This document shows positions 12,099 to 24,888 of a stretch of DNA of 64,000 nt, one piece after another. A program made the position numbers and the translations under genes. The number at the start of each line of letters is the position of its first letter. The first letter of the stretch is position 1. The notes beneath the pieces were generated by a model. That model did not search any database, was not told the DNA's origin, and saw nothing but the letters and a program-made list of their open reading frames with translations. This DNA comes from Eukaryota sp. TZLM1-RC (lineage: Eukaryota > Protista > Metamonada: BaSk clade), in NCBI GenBank assembly GCA_040285825.1, contig JAUPSS010000004.1, forward strand, positions 930,001 to 994,000, given 5' to 3'.

Positions 12099-13199
12099 AG
12101 TGTATTTAAACTATCACTATGAATATTCTATTACTGACACGGCACATTGTGCTAATAAATTTTCATAATTTACCTGTTACTAGCTCATTTTTTCCACACC
12201 AAATGTCTTCACATATCCCCCTTCTTGACTATTCTTGATGCATTTGAAGACAAAGTTCGAATTATAAGAAAACAGTTGCTACATCCGGATGACATTCGCC
12301 ATTTGTTTTGCTTTTTCAATCAAATACACTGTGTCAAACTGAATGAAATCGCCGACATTCTCGCTTTTATACAACCCTTTGTTCCACTTAAGCTTTGTAA
12401 GACCGGTAGCAAGGAATTCCTGCGACCACTGATTTTCAATGTTTTGGTTTTGATGTGTTGAGGTATTGGGAGGTTGTGACATATTTGAATCTTTGAAATA
12501 AAGACCTTAGTATCATTATTCGACTGGATATCAATCAAGTATTTCACCGCTTCTATTAAAGTATCTTGATTCTTGTGTTGCTTGTAAGGAATCTAGGTTT
12601 AGGTTTGTTTGATCTTAATGTATATCAAAATCCTCAAGTTTTGCTTTGAATAGATCTTGGTTGTTCTAACTAATCCTTTTTTGCCAAAAATCCACGTTCA
12701 ATAACAAAAAACAGAATGAAATAACCAGCACAGAGACACAATAATAGACCAGCTTTGGGATTTGTATATCTTGCTAAAGAGTGATAGAACGGGTGTTGTG
12801 ACTGCCAAAAAATATGTGTGTGCAAGAGGTTCGTGACATGTTTATGCTGGGGTAAGAAGTGAATGCATGAATTAAAATGTGAAACTTTATACGAACACAT
12901 GGAATCTACAAACACCAAGATAAAACAAACAACTGCTGTGACTTGCCACAATTTCATCAAATTTGACGCCAGATTGCTGATGTCTGGAAAGAAACCATTA
13001 AAGCAGGTCTAGTATCAATAGTAAATGTATCTACTTACCAGTTTGATCATGTTTTATTGTTTTGTGGATGTGAAAAGTTGAAAATAATCCAAATTTTATA
13101 TGTAACTGAAACTAAAAAATCAATCATTTCTGATTGTCAGTAAACCTTCTACTTTCAGTAAGGTCTATGAAGTCATAGGCACGTACATGTTCTCTTCAT

Positions 13200-14210
13200 C
13201 AGTTCTTTGAGCGGCCAGTGTGTCATTAGATTGATGGACAGCTGACCAAGGTGACCACCATGGCTCACCTTGGCAGCTTGTTGGCCAAAGTTTTTGCTGT
13301 GCGCTTCCCTGAAGACAGTCATTGCCTGACTCAGCATCAATTCTGGATCCAGTGTCTTGACTTTGTGGCGGTCTCTAAGCCAAAACTCAGATATTCATTC
13401 AACAGACCTGGCAAAGGTCATATGTATGAGAAGCTCGAGCAAATCTCTACATCATGGCCGTTTGATGACTTGTTTATGTCAAGAAAAGGTCAGAATCATG
13501 CGCTACCCACTAGTAGACCACTTCAACATTTAGTGTAACGAAGGTGCCGCCAGCTGCAAGGCAAAAACTACCAGCTCCTATTTGATGGTCTTGTGTCTTG
13601 AAAGCTTACCTTCTTCCGCTCGTATGCAATTGGTCATAACTGCCCTGTACCAGCCACTTGAGTTGGCTATGTACTTCACGGTAACACGAACTTTCGAAAA
13701 CCTCTTCTTTCTTGGTTCAACACACATCATACCATGGCTCTCACTCTATTCAACTTCTTGGCTGGTGATCCTCAAAGGTAAAACACTATTCTTTCTTCCG
13801 CAAGAGTGACTCTTAATCAAGGGAATAGTACCTACATTTTTTGTTGCGGATTAACAATCCAAAACCACCTTGAGCAAGCCTTTCCACAAACCTTCAGACG
13901 ACATAGACTCACCTCATTGCTTGTTTGAAGGCTATTTTTGTTCCCTTTTCCCAGTGTATTTTGAACCTCTTTGTATTCAAATATATATCAAAAACACTCT
14001 TAAAGAACCATTATTCGTTTTTCAAGACAAAAGCTGACAACTATAGTTTGACCTTTAATGGTGATAGTGTATGGGTAACTTAGGTATAGGTTTACTTGAT
14101 CTTAAGGTATATCAAAAGCCTCAACTTTTGTTTTGAAAAGATCATGGATGTCCTAATTGATCCTCTTTACCATGAATCGATTGCCTTTGAGTTCAGTTGT
14201 CGGCCCTGAT
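13200..14210 (-). repeat. Unidentified dispersed repeat or decayed coding family; copies at ~50715-51378, ~58620-58950 and partly ~12595-12690
   Basis: Shared strings such as tagtgtaacgaaggtgccgccagctgca and aatcgattgcctttgagttcagttgtcggc. Confidence 0.75.
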
Positions 14211-14229
14211 TAACATTATAACATAATGG

Positions 14230-14770
14230 GAAAAGCACTTATATACCTTTTTCACAAAAAATGGAAATCATATAAGTCTCGAACAAACAGATGGACAGTT
14301 TAACCGTTTGTTTGTGGCATTAAAGGGCACAATTGATGGGTTTCACTTTTGTCGCCCAATGATATTGCTTGATGGAACACATCTACGGAGCAAATTTAAA
14401 CAGGTTTTATTGACTTCAACAGCGATTGATGCAAATAAACATCTATTCCCATTGTCATTCGCCGTAGTCCCTACCGAAAACAAAATAAATTGGTCGTGGT
14501 TTTGCGAAAACTTTAGAAAGAGTTATGGTGACGAGATAGCGACATCTATTTCAGATCGAGAAAAGGGATTATTCGATGCAGTTGCTACAATCTATCTGAC
14601 TGCCAATCACGCATACTGTGTGAGACATTTGGCCAAAAATATGGGAACGAGATACACAGGGTTAATATGGAAAGAGGCAAGAGCTTTAACATAAGAAGAA
14701 TTTGATGAAGCGATGGGAGACATTCGTTCAGCGTCTATAAATGTTCATCAGAAGATGCTGAAGACTGGAT
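14230..14770 (+). mobile_element. MULE/MuDR transposase fragment (catalytic core)
   Basis: RPMILLDGTHL..LLTSTAIDAN..FPLSFAVV..E...W.WF..SDREKGL..H.YCVRHL. Confidence 0.92.
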
Positions 14771-14777
14771 GATATAA

Positions 14778-16874
14778 AGACATTGCCAAATAGTTACACA
14801 ACAATGTAGCTTTTGATAATGTAAGGTTCCACAGTGGCAGCATGTACCCAATTCTAGTTTTGCCACTTGGAAAATTCCATTTTCAAAAATTAAGTCTGAT
14901 TTATCAAAATTAAGACAGAATTATAGTGACGACCAACTGGAGAAAACCTGGAAGGAACAGTTCTGCTCTATAGCAAAACGTGGACGACAGACATTGTTAA
15001 CTGAAATGTCCCAAAGTTTTCTTTTTTCAAGGTTCCTCATATGTATGAGGTTCGCTTGGATAAAACATCAGCTGTTGAACCTAGTCCAGAGCAAGTTTTC
15101 GCCGCTCGCAGTGCTTACGATCACGAGTTATCTAGAGTATAGAATTCGTTGGAAAACCTTCCTACTGTCAGAAGCCTCTCAAATAATCCCGCAACCACCC
15201 CCAAACCTTCTCGTCCCGAGAAAAAAGCTGTTCATGGAGAGGATGAAAACGGTAACCCTTGCGTTTTCTGGGTCCCCAGGAGTCAAGTACTCTCTTCTAA
15301 TCCCTCCATTTCCAAATCCCTCTCTGGTGATTTGTCCGTTTCGGATCTCGACATTTCTCCTCCCATCCTTCTCCCATCAAACGCAGTGGATTTCGATATC
15401 GCCAAAGCGTCTCGTAGTTTGTACGACGACCGGACCATGAAACCCCAATCCGATCGTAATCGTCCTCGCCTCAAGAAAGACATGATTTCCAACACTGGCA
15501 ACATCATTGCTTTCATAAACGATTTCATCTCCTGAGCCTTCAATGATAGAATCTCCCAAGACTTCGAATGTGACCCCAATAAACTCGAGAAGTTGCTCTC
15601 ACTAACGAAATCGCTGGTCTCACTCAGCTCACAGAAACTCACAAAGCTTGTACACATCGAGCTACTCATCATCCAAAGTATGTTCCGCTCAATGAGCGCT
15701 ACGATGAGCAAGTCCATGAATGGGACATTTTCAGAGCCGGTACCAAAATCAACCCAGCTGGCATTAGTTCATGTGTCGACACTGATGTCATCTCTACCCT
15801 TGCAATGTTTGCAGGTGGTATCATACCTGGCCTTCAACTGCACCAGATAAACGATGAAGAACTGTGGGAAAACATCCTCTTCGCTTCACAATTTCCTTAT
15901 CTAGCCACTGCCAAACTCACCTTATCCAGAGTCAAAATGGATTACAACATTCCCAATTACCAGAGTAGATGGATAAAATGTATATCGCCAGTTGGTTTCG
16001 TCGTCGTTCAGTCACTGGGTATGAGAAATACGTTAGCTAGCAATCGTTTCCAACCCTATCAAAAGGTGATTAAGCTTGAGGAATGGGACATTGCGTTCTC
16101 CATCCTTGACAACCTTGGCATGCACCCACTTTTCAACGAGCTGTTCAAATCTTGGACCTACTCATCCGTTGATGTTAAACGCCGTCTGAGTGATTTTATC
16201 GATGTTTTTTTCTAAATTTTACAATAATTGGTGCAACACTAGAACATTCGAAGAACAGAAACGTGCTCGAAAATCTGTCAGGAATTTCACTGGTCCCGAA
16301 GCCCAAGGTCCTATGTTCGGTGTAAGATCCCATCCCCATGACCAAAAGCTCATCGAGCCTCACGAACATGTCGAGCATATTTCGACCAATAAGGAACAGC
16401 AGAAACGCAGAGTCAAAAATCTCAAGAAAGGCTCTGCCAAGGACGACAAGCTGAATTTTCCTCTGACACCTGTGCTTTTTGCAAAGAACCAGGACACACA
16501 GTTAAAGAATGCATCCACCCTCATTGCAAAAGATCAACAATTCCGAAAAACGAGCGTTGTAGTCTCGATAGTTTTAGTGGTGATAATAATAAACGTTCTT
16601 GTAGTTATAGAATCAATACAATCAACATCACAAATTCACACTCTACCAACGTCGACCCTTCATCAGATCATACTACAATCTTTCTTGAACAAATGGTTCA
16701 CCCTCTACATATTCTCCTCCCAAATCGCTCGTAAATCCATTGAGCACATCTGATCACCACACTGGTTATTCCAATATCAATAGAAATTTTAGTTTATCAT
16801 CTGTTTAGCATATACTGTACCGTAGACATTACCCAACAGTTACACAACAACGTAGCTATAGATGATGTAAAGTT
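14778..16874 (+). mobile_element. Decayed gag-like region between ~50-bp diverged direct repeats (14778-14829, 16824-16874; possible LTR remnants)
   Basis: RPRL..IIAF motif shared with 48287-48730; knuckle CAFCKEPGHTVKECIHPHCKRS at 16471-16536; flanks agacatt.cc.aa.agttacacaacaa.gtagct. Confidence 0.65.
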
Positions 16875-16879
16875 ATATT

Positions 16880-16990
16880 TATTGGCAACAACCGTAAAAC
16901 CAAAAATTGGGCATTGGATCATTGATGCATTTGAGCATTTGAAAGCGAATGAGGAAAACTTTATTGTAAGTGGATGGGAGCATGTTCGCT
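16880..16990 (+). mobile_element. Possible pogo-like DDE transposase C-terminal fragment
   Basis: VKPKIGHWIIDAFEHL..FIVSGW resembles the end of DDE_1; short and weak. Confidence 0.3.
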
Positions 16991-17952
16991 AAAACATTGA
17001 AAGCAAGCCCTTGAATAGTTGTTTAATAGTTAATTTAAAAAAGTGCTATTTAGAAAATTTCCAAAGTAAATTGTTGTTTTTTCTGAAAACTGTTCGAACT
17101 TTTATTATTTTTCGAATTAATTTTGTTCAAACATTTATCTGTTCAAACAACTGTGAATCGCAGTATTTTTCACAAACACGGTAGCTGAAATAATATGGAA
17201 CCAACTTGAACATTCTTTCCTTGAAACATGTTTATCCAAGCGCAAGATTTAAAACCGTAGAAGGAAAGGAAGCGATTCCGAAAGAGACAGATTCTCGGAT
17301 TGGCGAAATTTCCTAGTCACTTCAGAAAAGTAACTTTACCATTGCCATAAACGAAATGGATCTGCTCGTTGCTTCATTGCCTAGCTAAAATGTTAAAGGA
17401 ACGTGATAGTATTTTGTGAAGCTTGGAATTTTCTAGATTAGAAATTGACTCTGCCATAAACAAACTAATCTTGTTAAATCTTGGCCTCTTGATCGATTTG
17501 ATTTTGGTTTTGGTTTACCTGACTATTTCGACAGAGAATGCCCTCAACTTGATTGCAGTGCCAACTAGAACATCCCTCACCAAACTGATAGGAATGAATC
17601 AATCACTGAAGGTTCAAAATATTTAGGACGATAAACAGCTTACTTATTGCAAACTCATTCCAGCTCTTCTGGCTCTAAAGTGTTAAATATAACCTATAAT
17701 TATACTTCACTATTTCATTGAAATAAATCATCCAAATTACTCTGACTCTGACAGCTACTCTTTCAAAACTAGTCTCTCTCCATATAATTTCTCAGATCCA
17801 GGTGCTCAGCACCTTAATGAACCCTTTGAGCTTTGAGACAACTAAGGAAGCACAAAGAAACGATGAAAAGTTTCAAGAGCAAGTGACAAGAGAATTAATC
17901 AAGAGCAACAAACCAACTATAACTAACAACAAAATGGTGAAGATCCAAATTC

Positions 17953-18098
17953 ATGTAGACTATACAAATACACGAAATTAGAACTTCCTTGACTGTAATC
18001 AATTTCAAACAGTTAAAAACTGAATGATTCATGATGACTCAATCGTTTATGTGATGATGAACATAAACTCCAAATAAAGAGAATTACTCTCAATATTT
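17953..18098 (+). repeat. ~145-bp LTR-like repeat; second copy at 52295-52438
   Basis: Both start TGTAGACTATACA and end gaattactctcaatattt; the second is followed by TGGTAG, which resembles a primer-binding site. Confidence 0.6.
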
Positions 18099-19754
18099 TG
18101 CATGGAAATGTAGTAAATTTTGTGTGCGATTCTAGAGCAATAGACAGACATTAGAATACTCGGTGCTAATGAATTCAAACATACATTTGAGAAAGTCAAA
18201 AGAGCTACAAAAAAGATGAAAAAAAGTAAAACTGAGTGACCAAATTCAAAACATTGCGACAAGAGAAAAAAAAGAAAAAATACAACAAAAGCAAAATAGC
18301 GAATTTTCAAAATAAACACATAAATAAAATGAATTGATTTGATTAGGCTTAATTGAAATAAGTCAAACTAGAAAAACTTTAATTCAAAAAATGAAGCACT
18401 ATTAGTTATTCAATAAACATAAAATTAAAAACCAATGAATTTTGATCCATCAGGGTCTTAATAGCAACAATGATTAAAGTTTGAAAAAACAGATTTATGA
18501 AAACAACCTAAAGAGTACCGTCACTTTCGAAACTTCCGATCGATCGGATAGTTTTGTTCTTCATTTACGACCAAAACGAAAGATCATCACCATGAACCAC
18601 TTTAATATCATGAAAAATTGTTGACGATAACCTGCACTGGAAAGCTATAATGTATATCAAAATGTAATCTTTAATCAAACCCAAAAGATACAACTTACCT
18701 AAAGAAGAAGATGCAAGAGAGTTATCGCGACCAGCTGAAACGGAAGCTACTTAATGTAATGGTAGTTTGATTGGCAATTTGATTGGTGAATTGATTGTTT
18801 TGACTCCAGTAAATTGACGTAGACATTCACTCGTATTCCCCACGATAAACCTAACCAGAAAATGTGAAAGAAAACTAAATGGACTAAACTCCAAGCATTA
18901 TTTCCGATCGATCGGGAATTCATAGTTATTTGTAGAGAAATGATCAGTTCTTTGAAAAAGAATTTTGTATAGGACACCGATCATATCCAATCAAATCTGG
19001 TTTGAAATCTGAAAATGTATCTGGGGCAGGATGAGGGGTACATTGAGACGCAATGCATGACAAACGTGACTTTGAAGGGCGATTGATGAAAGCCGTGAGA
19101 GTTCTAAACGTAATTCTTCGTCGTCAGTAAAAACTTACCTCATTGGTTCTTTGATAGGCTATACAACAGAAATCGGAAACGATTTGCGCAGAGATAGTTG
19201 GGCTTGCTCTTCTGTTTGTTTGACGTGAAACAGGAGGATCATATAGGAGATCGAAGGAAGGATTCGTGGAGCCCTGGCCATAACGTCCTCTTGAGTAGCG
19301 AAAAAGGATGGAAGTAGTACGAGAGATGACATCGCGATCTTGGCTGTGCTCTTTGTTGAGAAGTGTTAGATTTTCCATAAGATAAACTCCCACAATTTCT
19401 TCCTATTATTGATCAGCGGATCTCAATTTGAATCAAGTTTCTCCTTCCAAGCTAACCAACAACTTCAAATTCTATGATCTCCAAGATCATGATCATCAAA
19501 ATGAAACACTGATGCCTTCAAAGCTTGGAATTCGGTTCGAATGGTAACCCTGCAACAGTAAATAATTTATGAAACATTGTTTATTACGTACTTATTGTTT
19601 TTAGTTGAATTCTTTTTGAAATACTCATTGTCACCGTTAAACCATCTGTTCTAGAAATTCCTTGAATAGAAGTCATGTTTCAAGGGTATACTAGAACTAC
19701 TTAGCTATTTTTTGTTCCATTTATGTTATTATGTTGGTTAATATATATGCAGCT

Positions 19755-20640
19755 TGGCTGTTTTAAATCATGATCCTCACTCATTGTTATTGGGAAAGGG
19801 TGTTTGTGAAAATAAGTCCTCAGATTCTTGACTTTTTGTAACCATTGTACCACAAAGATTTATATTGTGTGCCACTGATGAAGCGTTTGTAACAAAAATG
19901 AGATTATTTTTGAATATCCCCATAAATCAATTATTATCAAAAGAAAAATGTATTTGTTCGAATTCACCTCAACTCATTTTGCGCCATGCTCTGAATTGTT
20001 CTAAATTGATAAGTTATCGTTCTTCATTGCATGATATTGTTAGAGACACTGTTTTCAATATGGCACAAACTGCAAGAATATCGTGTATCAAAGAGCCTCT
20101 GCTGGAGGAAACACTTTCTCTGAATAATTTTGGTGCTGATAAAAAAGGTGATGTATACTGTGATTGGATTGATAACCCTGAAGCTATTGTTGACTTTGTC
20201 TCATGTAATGTTGCAAATGACACTTTGGTTCAAAGAAGATAACTTAATCCTGTGAGTGCACTTGATTTTAAAGCAAAAGAAAAACATAGAAAATATGATA
20301 AAGATATTGAAGAAGCTTATGCTATTAGAATTACACAGCTAGTGTTTATTGCTTTCCCATTTTCGATAAACGGAAAATTATCAGTTGAAGCAGAAACTTT
20401 GTTGAATGACTTCCAAAAAATGGTTCAAGAAAAAACAATGAAAAGATTTGATATTTTTTATGGCCTTCTCGGATTCGATTTGCCATTATTAATAGATTAC
20501 CTCGGTTTTTCAATAGAATAAGGGATGCTTTAGCTAGACAGTAAGCAGATCAAGATTTTGTAGAGGAAATCCTGATTCAATGATAATCGTCTTCATTAGT
20601 TATGAATTAGTTTAATTTAATGTGCAAATTCAATAAATAT
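19755..20640 (+). mobile_element. CRE-like family C 3' fragment
   Basis: Close match to 60370-61250 (HALNCSKLI..GDVYCDW..DFVSCNV). Confidence 0.9.
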
Positions 20641-20887
20641 TAAACCATGCCACTAAATTGTCAAAGATTGCGAGTTCCCAGTTGCAGTCCCTATTTGAAT
20701 GAGTCATCTTGTGAACTCGATAGATGGGCACCTTAAATCTGGACCAAATGTTTTTTCCAATCAATTCATGAAATTCCAAACCGATCTCTTTTGAATATTT
20801 TTTACTTATTAAAGAATTCTCAATTTTACGGCTGATATTACACTTGAAAAAAATAAATAGAGACACAAATGTTGATATTGTGTGTAA

Positions 20888-22580
20888 TTTTTTTAAAAAC
20901 TGGAATATTTATTGAGATAAGAAAACCATCTAGAATTCAATATCCTCCAAACAAGCGTCACTATTACTGAATCTATTCACAGCATTACGTTCATATTCTA
21001 CACCAATAGCTAAAAGTGCCTTTGAAATCATTGTTGGAATAGACTTGAAAATGCAAAAAACAATTCTATTTAACCAGAAAGTGGAGTTCATTGTTTTACC
21101 AGACCTATTCAGTAACACTTTCTTAAAATTTTCCAAAAAGTGCAACCCTGAAGGTCCAATATTGCCAAAAAGAGAAATTGCAAACGGCACAAACTGATAT
21201 TTCACATGTTCCACTCTACCTAACTGTACCAAAGGTTCTTCATATTTTTTTATCTTCTTTTTTTCGGCGTTAGATAACGGCGAGTCAGCGGAATACACTA
21301 AACGAGCAGCAGAATTTTTGCAAACATCCACTGAGACAACGTCTACAACATTGAGAACACCATCGATCCCTAGAGCTACTAAATCTGCCCTTCTTTTACC
21401 AAAGGAATCATCAATTTGATCTGAAGACAGCTTACGTAATAGTGGCTCAATAAATGCCTCTATATTGAAACTTTTGCACATGGCATATAATTGATCACGA
21501 ACTGAGTCATGAACAATTGAGCGATAAGTTATAAAATACTTACAGTTTAAAATAGGGGAAAGCGTAACAACACTCTTGCAGCGACAAATTAAATCATTTG
21601 GTAATGAACAAGGCCATAGCAAACATCTCATTCTCATTGCAGTGGTCCATTGGTGATCACTAAGTAAAAGGCCGTAAATGTTGGGAATTTGTGAGATTAG
21701 GCAACTTGAGCAACTGTCTTCAAGATCAATCAAAAAGTTTGCAAAAACGGCATTTTTTTCCTTAGCCAAGCTAAGACGTACAATATAATCCGTGTTTTCT
21801 AAAACTTTCAAGATTTGTTTCTGCAATTTTGCAAAAGTCAGTGGTACGGAGAGCAAGCTTCTTGAAGGAAGTTCCACAATATCAGAGGGGAAACATTGAG
21901 CCGAAATATTGGGTGAAAGAGTTTCAATTCCTGTTGCAATGAAATAAGATAAGAGCTGCCACAATTTTCAATGAGATGAATTTTTTAGGAAAACGATTCA
22001 CAAATTCAATTAATAAAATTCTTTCCACCTCCAATAAAGGCAGCTTTACAAAGGTAGCTTGATTTATGAAAATCAACACCACCAAAATTTGTACCACAAA
22101 AAATGTGGCTTCGTAACTGAGATGCATCAATTTTCAATAATTTTGCTAAAAAATTGGTTCTTTGTTCATTAAAAATGCGACAATACTCCACAGAAATTGA
22201 TGGTGATGTTGATCTCAAAATATAAGTAAATTTTTCAGAATAACAGACTTTTAGGAAAAAGAATTTCCAATGTTTCTCAATATTCAAATTTTCTATTGAT
22301 TCTAGTTCATTTCCAAATTGAGTCAACAGAGTCAAAAGTTGGCCTTTGGCTTCTTCGATATTTCCGAGATAACATCCCAAAAAACGAAAACCAGACTGAT
22401 CATAATTAATAAAGGGGACATTGACATCATTAATGAAAAAATCAATTGGTTCATGGCCAATATTCAAACATTTGGAGATATTCAATGAGAAACCAATATC
22501 TTCATAACGCTGTTGAATAAAAGTTGCTATTTGTTTCAGAATTGTAATAGGAGCAATTACAGAAATGTCATCCATATATG
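20888..22580 (-). mobile_element. 5'-truncated CRE-like family B element
   Basis: YMDD at the 5' break; FLGCYLG; RRAD..DVVSVD..AEKKK; two frameshifts near 21950-22010; short A tail at 20888-20894. Confidence 0.92.
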
Positions 22581-22704
22581 TTGTTTAATAAAAACTTCAA
22601 AAAATGGCTCAATCCAAGTCATGATGACGTGTTACCAACTCATTTTGAAACTACATCAACCGAAACCATTCTCCCCACAACCACATCAACCACCTCTACA
22701 CATC

Positions 22705-24888
22705 ATGTCTTCACACTTTAATCACTCCTGTCCTGAAATCGATCCTGCCGATATTGAACTAGGCGAGAAGATTGGTCAAGGAGGCTCTGCTATTGTCTAC
22801 TCTGCCAAATGGTTCTGCCTTGCCGTTGCCATCAAGCTCGTCTTTCTCACGGACGAAGGGAAAGCCAAACTCAAGAAAGAAATCTCTCTCCTCTCCATGT
22901 TGAACAGTCCCGCCATCCTCCGTGTCTTTGGAGTCACATACATTGACAACAAGATTGGCATTGTAATGGAGCTTGCCACATCCTCTCTCAACGTTCCCTC
23001 TTCTTTATCAAACCAAAATCTAGCCATTGCCAAAGAACTTTGCTGTGCCATGAAGGTCCTCCATTCGAAATCTGTCATTCATGGTGACCTCAAACCACAA
23101 AACATCTTGCTCGTAAATGGCCAAATTCGACTCGCCGACTTTGGTACTTCTAAAGTAATTGCTGATCACACTGCCAATTCCACTTCTCTTACTTTTACAC
23201 CCAAATATGCCGCTTTAGAGGTCTTTGATAATAGAATAACAGAAGCTTCTGATATTTATTCTATTGGCGTAATTTTATATGAATTACTTACTAATAAAGT
23301 AGCTTTTGAGGGTTTAAATACTCAATTTTCTCTATTGGGTGCTAAGTATCAGGGAAAAGAGCTTGCATTTGATCAAAAAGTTCCAGAAATTTTGAAAAAA
23401 TTGGTTAATGATTGTATGTCCAGTGATCCCTCAAAAAGACCAACGATTGACCAAATAATTCATCAATTGAGTTTATTGGAAAATTATGCTGGAGAATTGC
23501 CTTTGATAAATGAATTTAATCCTAATTTAAGGCAAAATTGTCAAAATTGTGCTCAAAAAGACCAAATTAATGAAGATTTGAGTCTAGAAAATGAAAATTT
23601 CCGAAAATCTATTATTGATTTAAATCAGAGAAATCAAGAATTAACACTTCAAAATTCTAATCTTGTCTCTAGAAATCAAGAATTATGCCAAACTCTGGTT
23701 GAAAAGGATCAATTAATAAATGATTTGAGAATAGAAATCAGCAATTCAAATTCCAAAATTGACGCACTTTCCCAAAAAGAAAAGAAATTAAAAGAACAAA
23801 TTACTTCAATTCATCAAATTTGCCATAATAATTTTGCAGAAAATCAGAATTTTGGTAATCCTAACCAATTATTAGTTGATGATAGTTCTTCTAATGAGGA
23901 TCAAGAAGAGATCAACAGTAGTGATTGTGACCAAAATTTGCAGGGTGGGTTTGAAAATTTAGAAGTTGAGTCTGATGGTGATACGCTTGAACAAATGGTT
24001 GAAAAAGGATTGGAATTTTATAATGATGAATGCTACCAAGAAGCAGTTTTTTGGTGGAGAAGAGCTGCTGAAGCTGGTCATGGTTATGCTATGTTTAATT
24101 TAGGTTATTGTTATGGAAATGGTCAAGGTGTAGAGAAGGATTACCAACAAGCCTTTCATTGGTTTAACAAGGCAGCTGAAGCTGGTTTTAGTGTAGCAAT
24201 GAGAAATTTAGGTGTTTGTTATAGAGATGGTCTAGGTGTTGAACAAGACCATCAACAAGCATTATATTGGTTTAACAAGGCAGCTGAAGCTGGTTTTAGT
24301 GTAGCAATGAGAAATTTAGGTGTTTGTTATAGAGATGGTCTAGGTGTTGAACAAGACCATCAACAAGCATTATATTGGTTTAACAAGGCAGCTGAAGCTG
24401 GTGATGATGATGCTATGTTTAGTTTAGGTTGTTGTTATAGAACTGGAAAAGGTGTTGATCAAGACCATCAACAAGCATTTTATTGGTTTAGCAAGGCAGC
24501 TGAAGCTGGTAATAGTGTTGCTATGGTTAATTTAGGTTGTTGTTATAGAAATGGCAAAGGTGTTGATCAAGACCATCAACAAGCATTTTATTGGTTCAAA
24601 AAAGGTGCTGATGCTGGCAATACTGCAACTATGGTTGTATTAGGCCATTGTTATCGCTATGGTCATGGTGTTGAACAAGACTATTCTCAAGCAGTGTTTT
24701 ATTACCAAAAAGCTGCTGAATTGGGCCATGAGTATGGAATGTTCAATTTAGGTAAATGTTATGAACACGGTTACGGTGTACCTAAAGCCCTTCACCAAGC
24801 TATTGAATGGTACGACAAGGCCAAAGATGTTGGTCATCCAAAAGCTGCTAAAAGGATAGAAAGTTGTAGGAAAGAATTGTCAGATTAA
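22705..24888 (+). CDS. TKL-like protein kinase + coiled coil + ~8 Sel1-like repeats (727 aa; likely start MSSHF)
   Basis: GQGGSAIV, VAIK, HGDLKPQN, DFG, YAALE, DIYSIG, RP motifs, then 36-aa Sel1 units (A..W..KAAEAG...AM.NLG.CY..G.GV..D). The ORF-track N-terminal extension runs into the upstream retroelement. Confidence 0.93.
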   Translation: MSSHFNHSCPEIDPADIELGEKIGQGGSAIVYSAKWFCLAVAIKLVFLTDEGKAKLKKEISLLSMLNSPAILRVFGVTYIDNKIGIVMELATSSLNVPSSLSNQNLAIAKELCCAMKVLHSKSVIHGDLKPQNILLVNGQIRLADFGTSKVIADHTANSTSLTFTPKYAALEVFDNRITEASDIYSIGVILYELLTNKVAFEGLNTQFSLLGAKYQGKELAFDQKVPEILKKLVNDCMSSDPSKRPTIDQIIHQLSLLENYAGELPLINEFNPNLRQNCQNCAQKDQINEDLSLENENFRKSIIDLNQRNQELTLQNSNLVSRNQELCQTLVEKDQLINDLRIEISNSNSKIDALSQKEKKLKEQITSIHQICHNNFAENQNFGNPNQLLVDDSSSNEDQEEINSSDCDQNLQGGFENLEVESDGDTLEQMVEKGLEFYNDECYQEAVFWWRRAAEAGHGYAMFNLGYCYGNGQGVEKDYQQAFHWFNKAAEAGFSVAMRNLGVCYRDGLGVEQDHQQALYWFNKAAEAGFSVAMRNLGVCYRDGLGVEQDHQQALYWFNKAAEAGDDDAMFSLGCCYRTGKGVDQDHQQAFYWFSKAAEAGNSVAMVNLGCCYRNGKGVDQDHQQAFYWFKKGADAGNTATMVVLGHCYRYGHGVEQDYSQAVFYYQKAAELGHEYGMFNLGKCYEHGYGVPKALHQAIEWYDKAKDVGHPKAAKRIESCRKELSD
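24158..24402 (+). repeat. Perfect 108-bp tandem repeat (~2.3 units) within the Sel1 array
   Basis: Units starting at 24158, 24266 and 24374 are identical. Confidence 0.92.

Noticed and set aside
18500-19420. Possible further gag remnant on the minus strand
   Set aside because: Composition suggests decayed coding sequence, but no motif could be matched with confidence.
8335-22580. Programmed truncation at YMDD (two elements start there)
   Set aside because: Only two cases, from different families; other copies break elsewhere.
22513-22704. N-terminal 64 aa of the 791-aa ORF
   Set aside because: It starts at TTG inside the antisense retroelement; the ATG at 22705 just before the kinase domain is more plausible.
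24030-24860. CRISPR-like array
   Set aside because: The 108-bp period is in-frame Sel1 coding sequence with no unique spacers.
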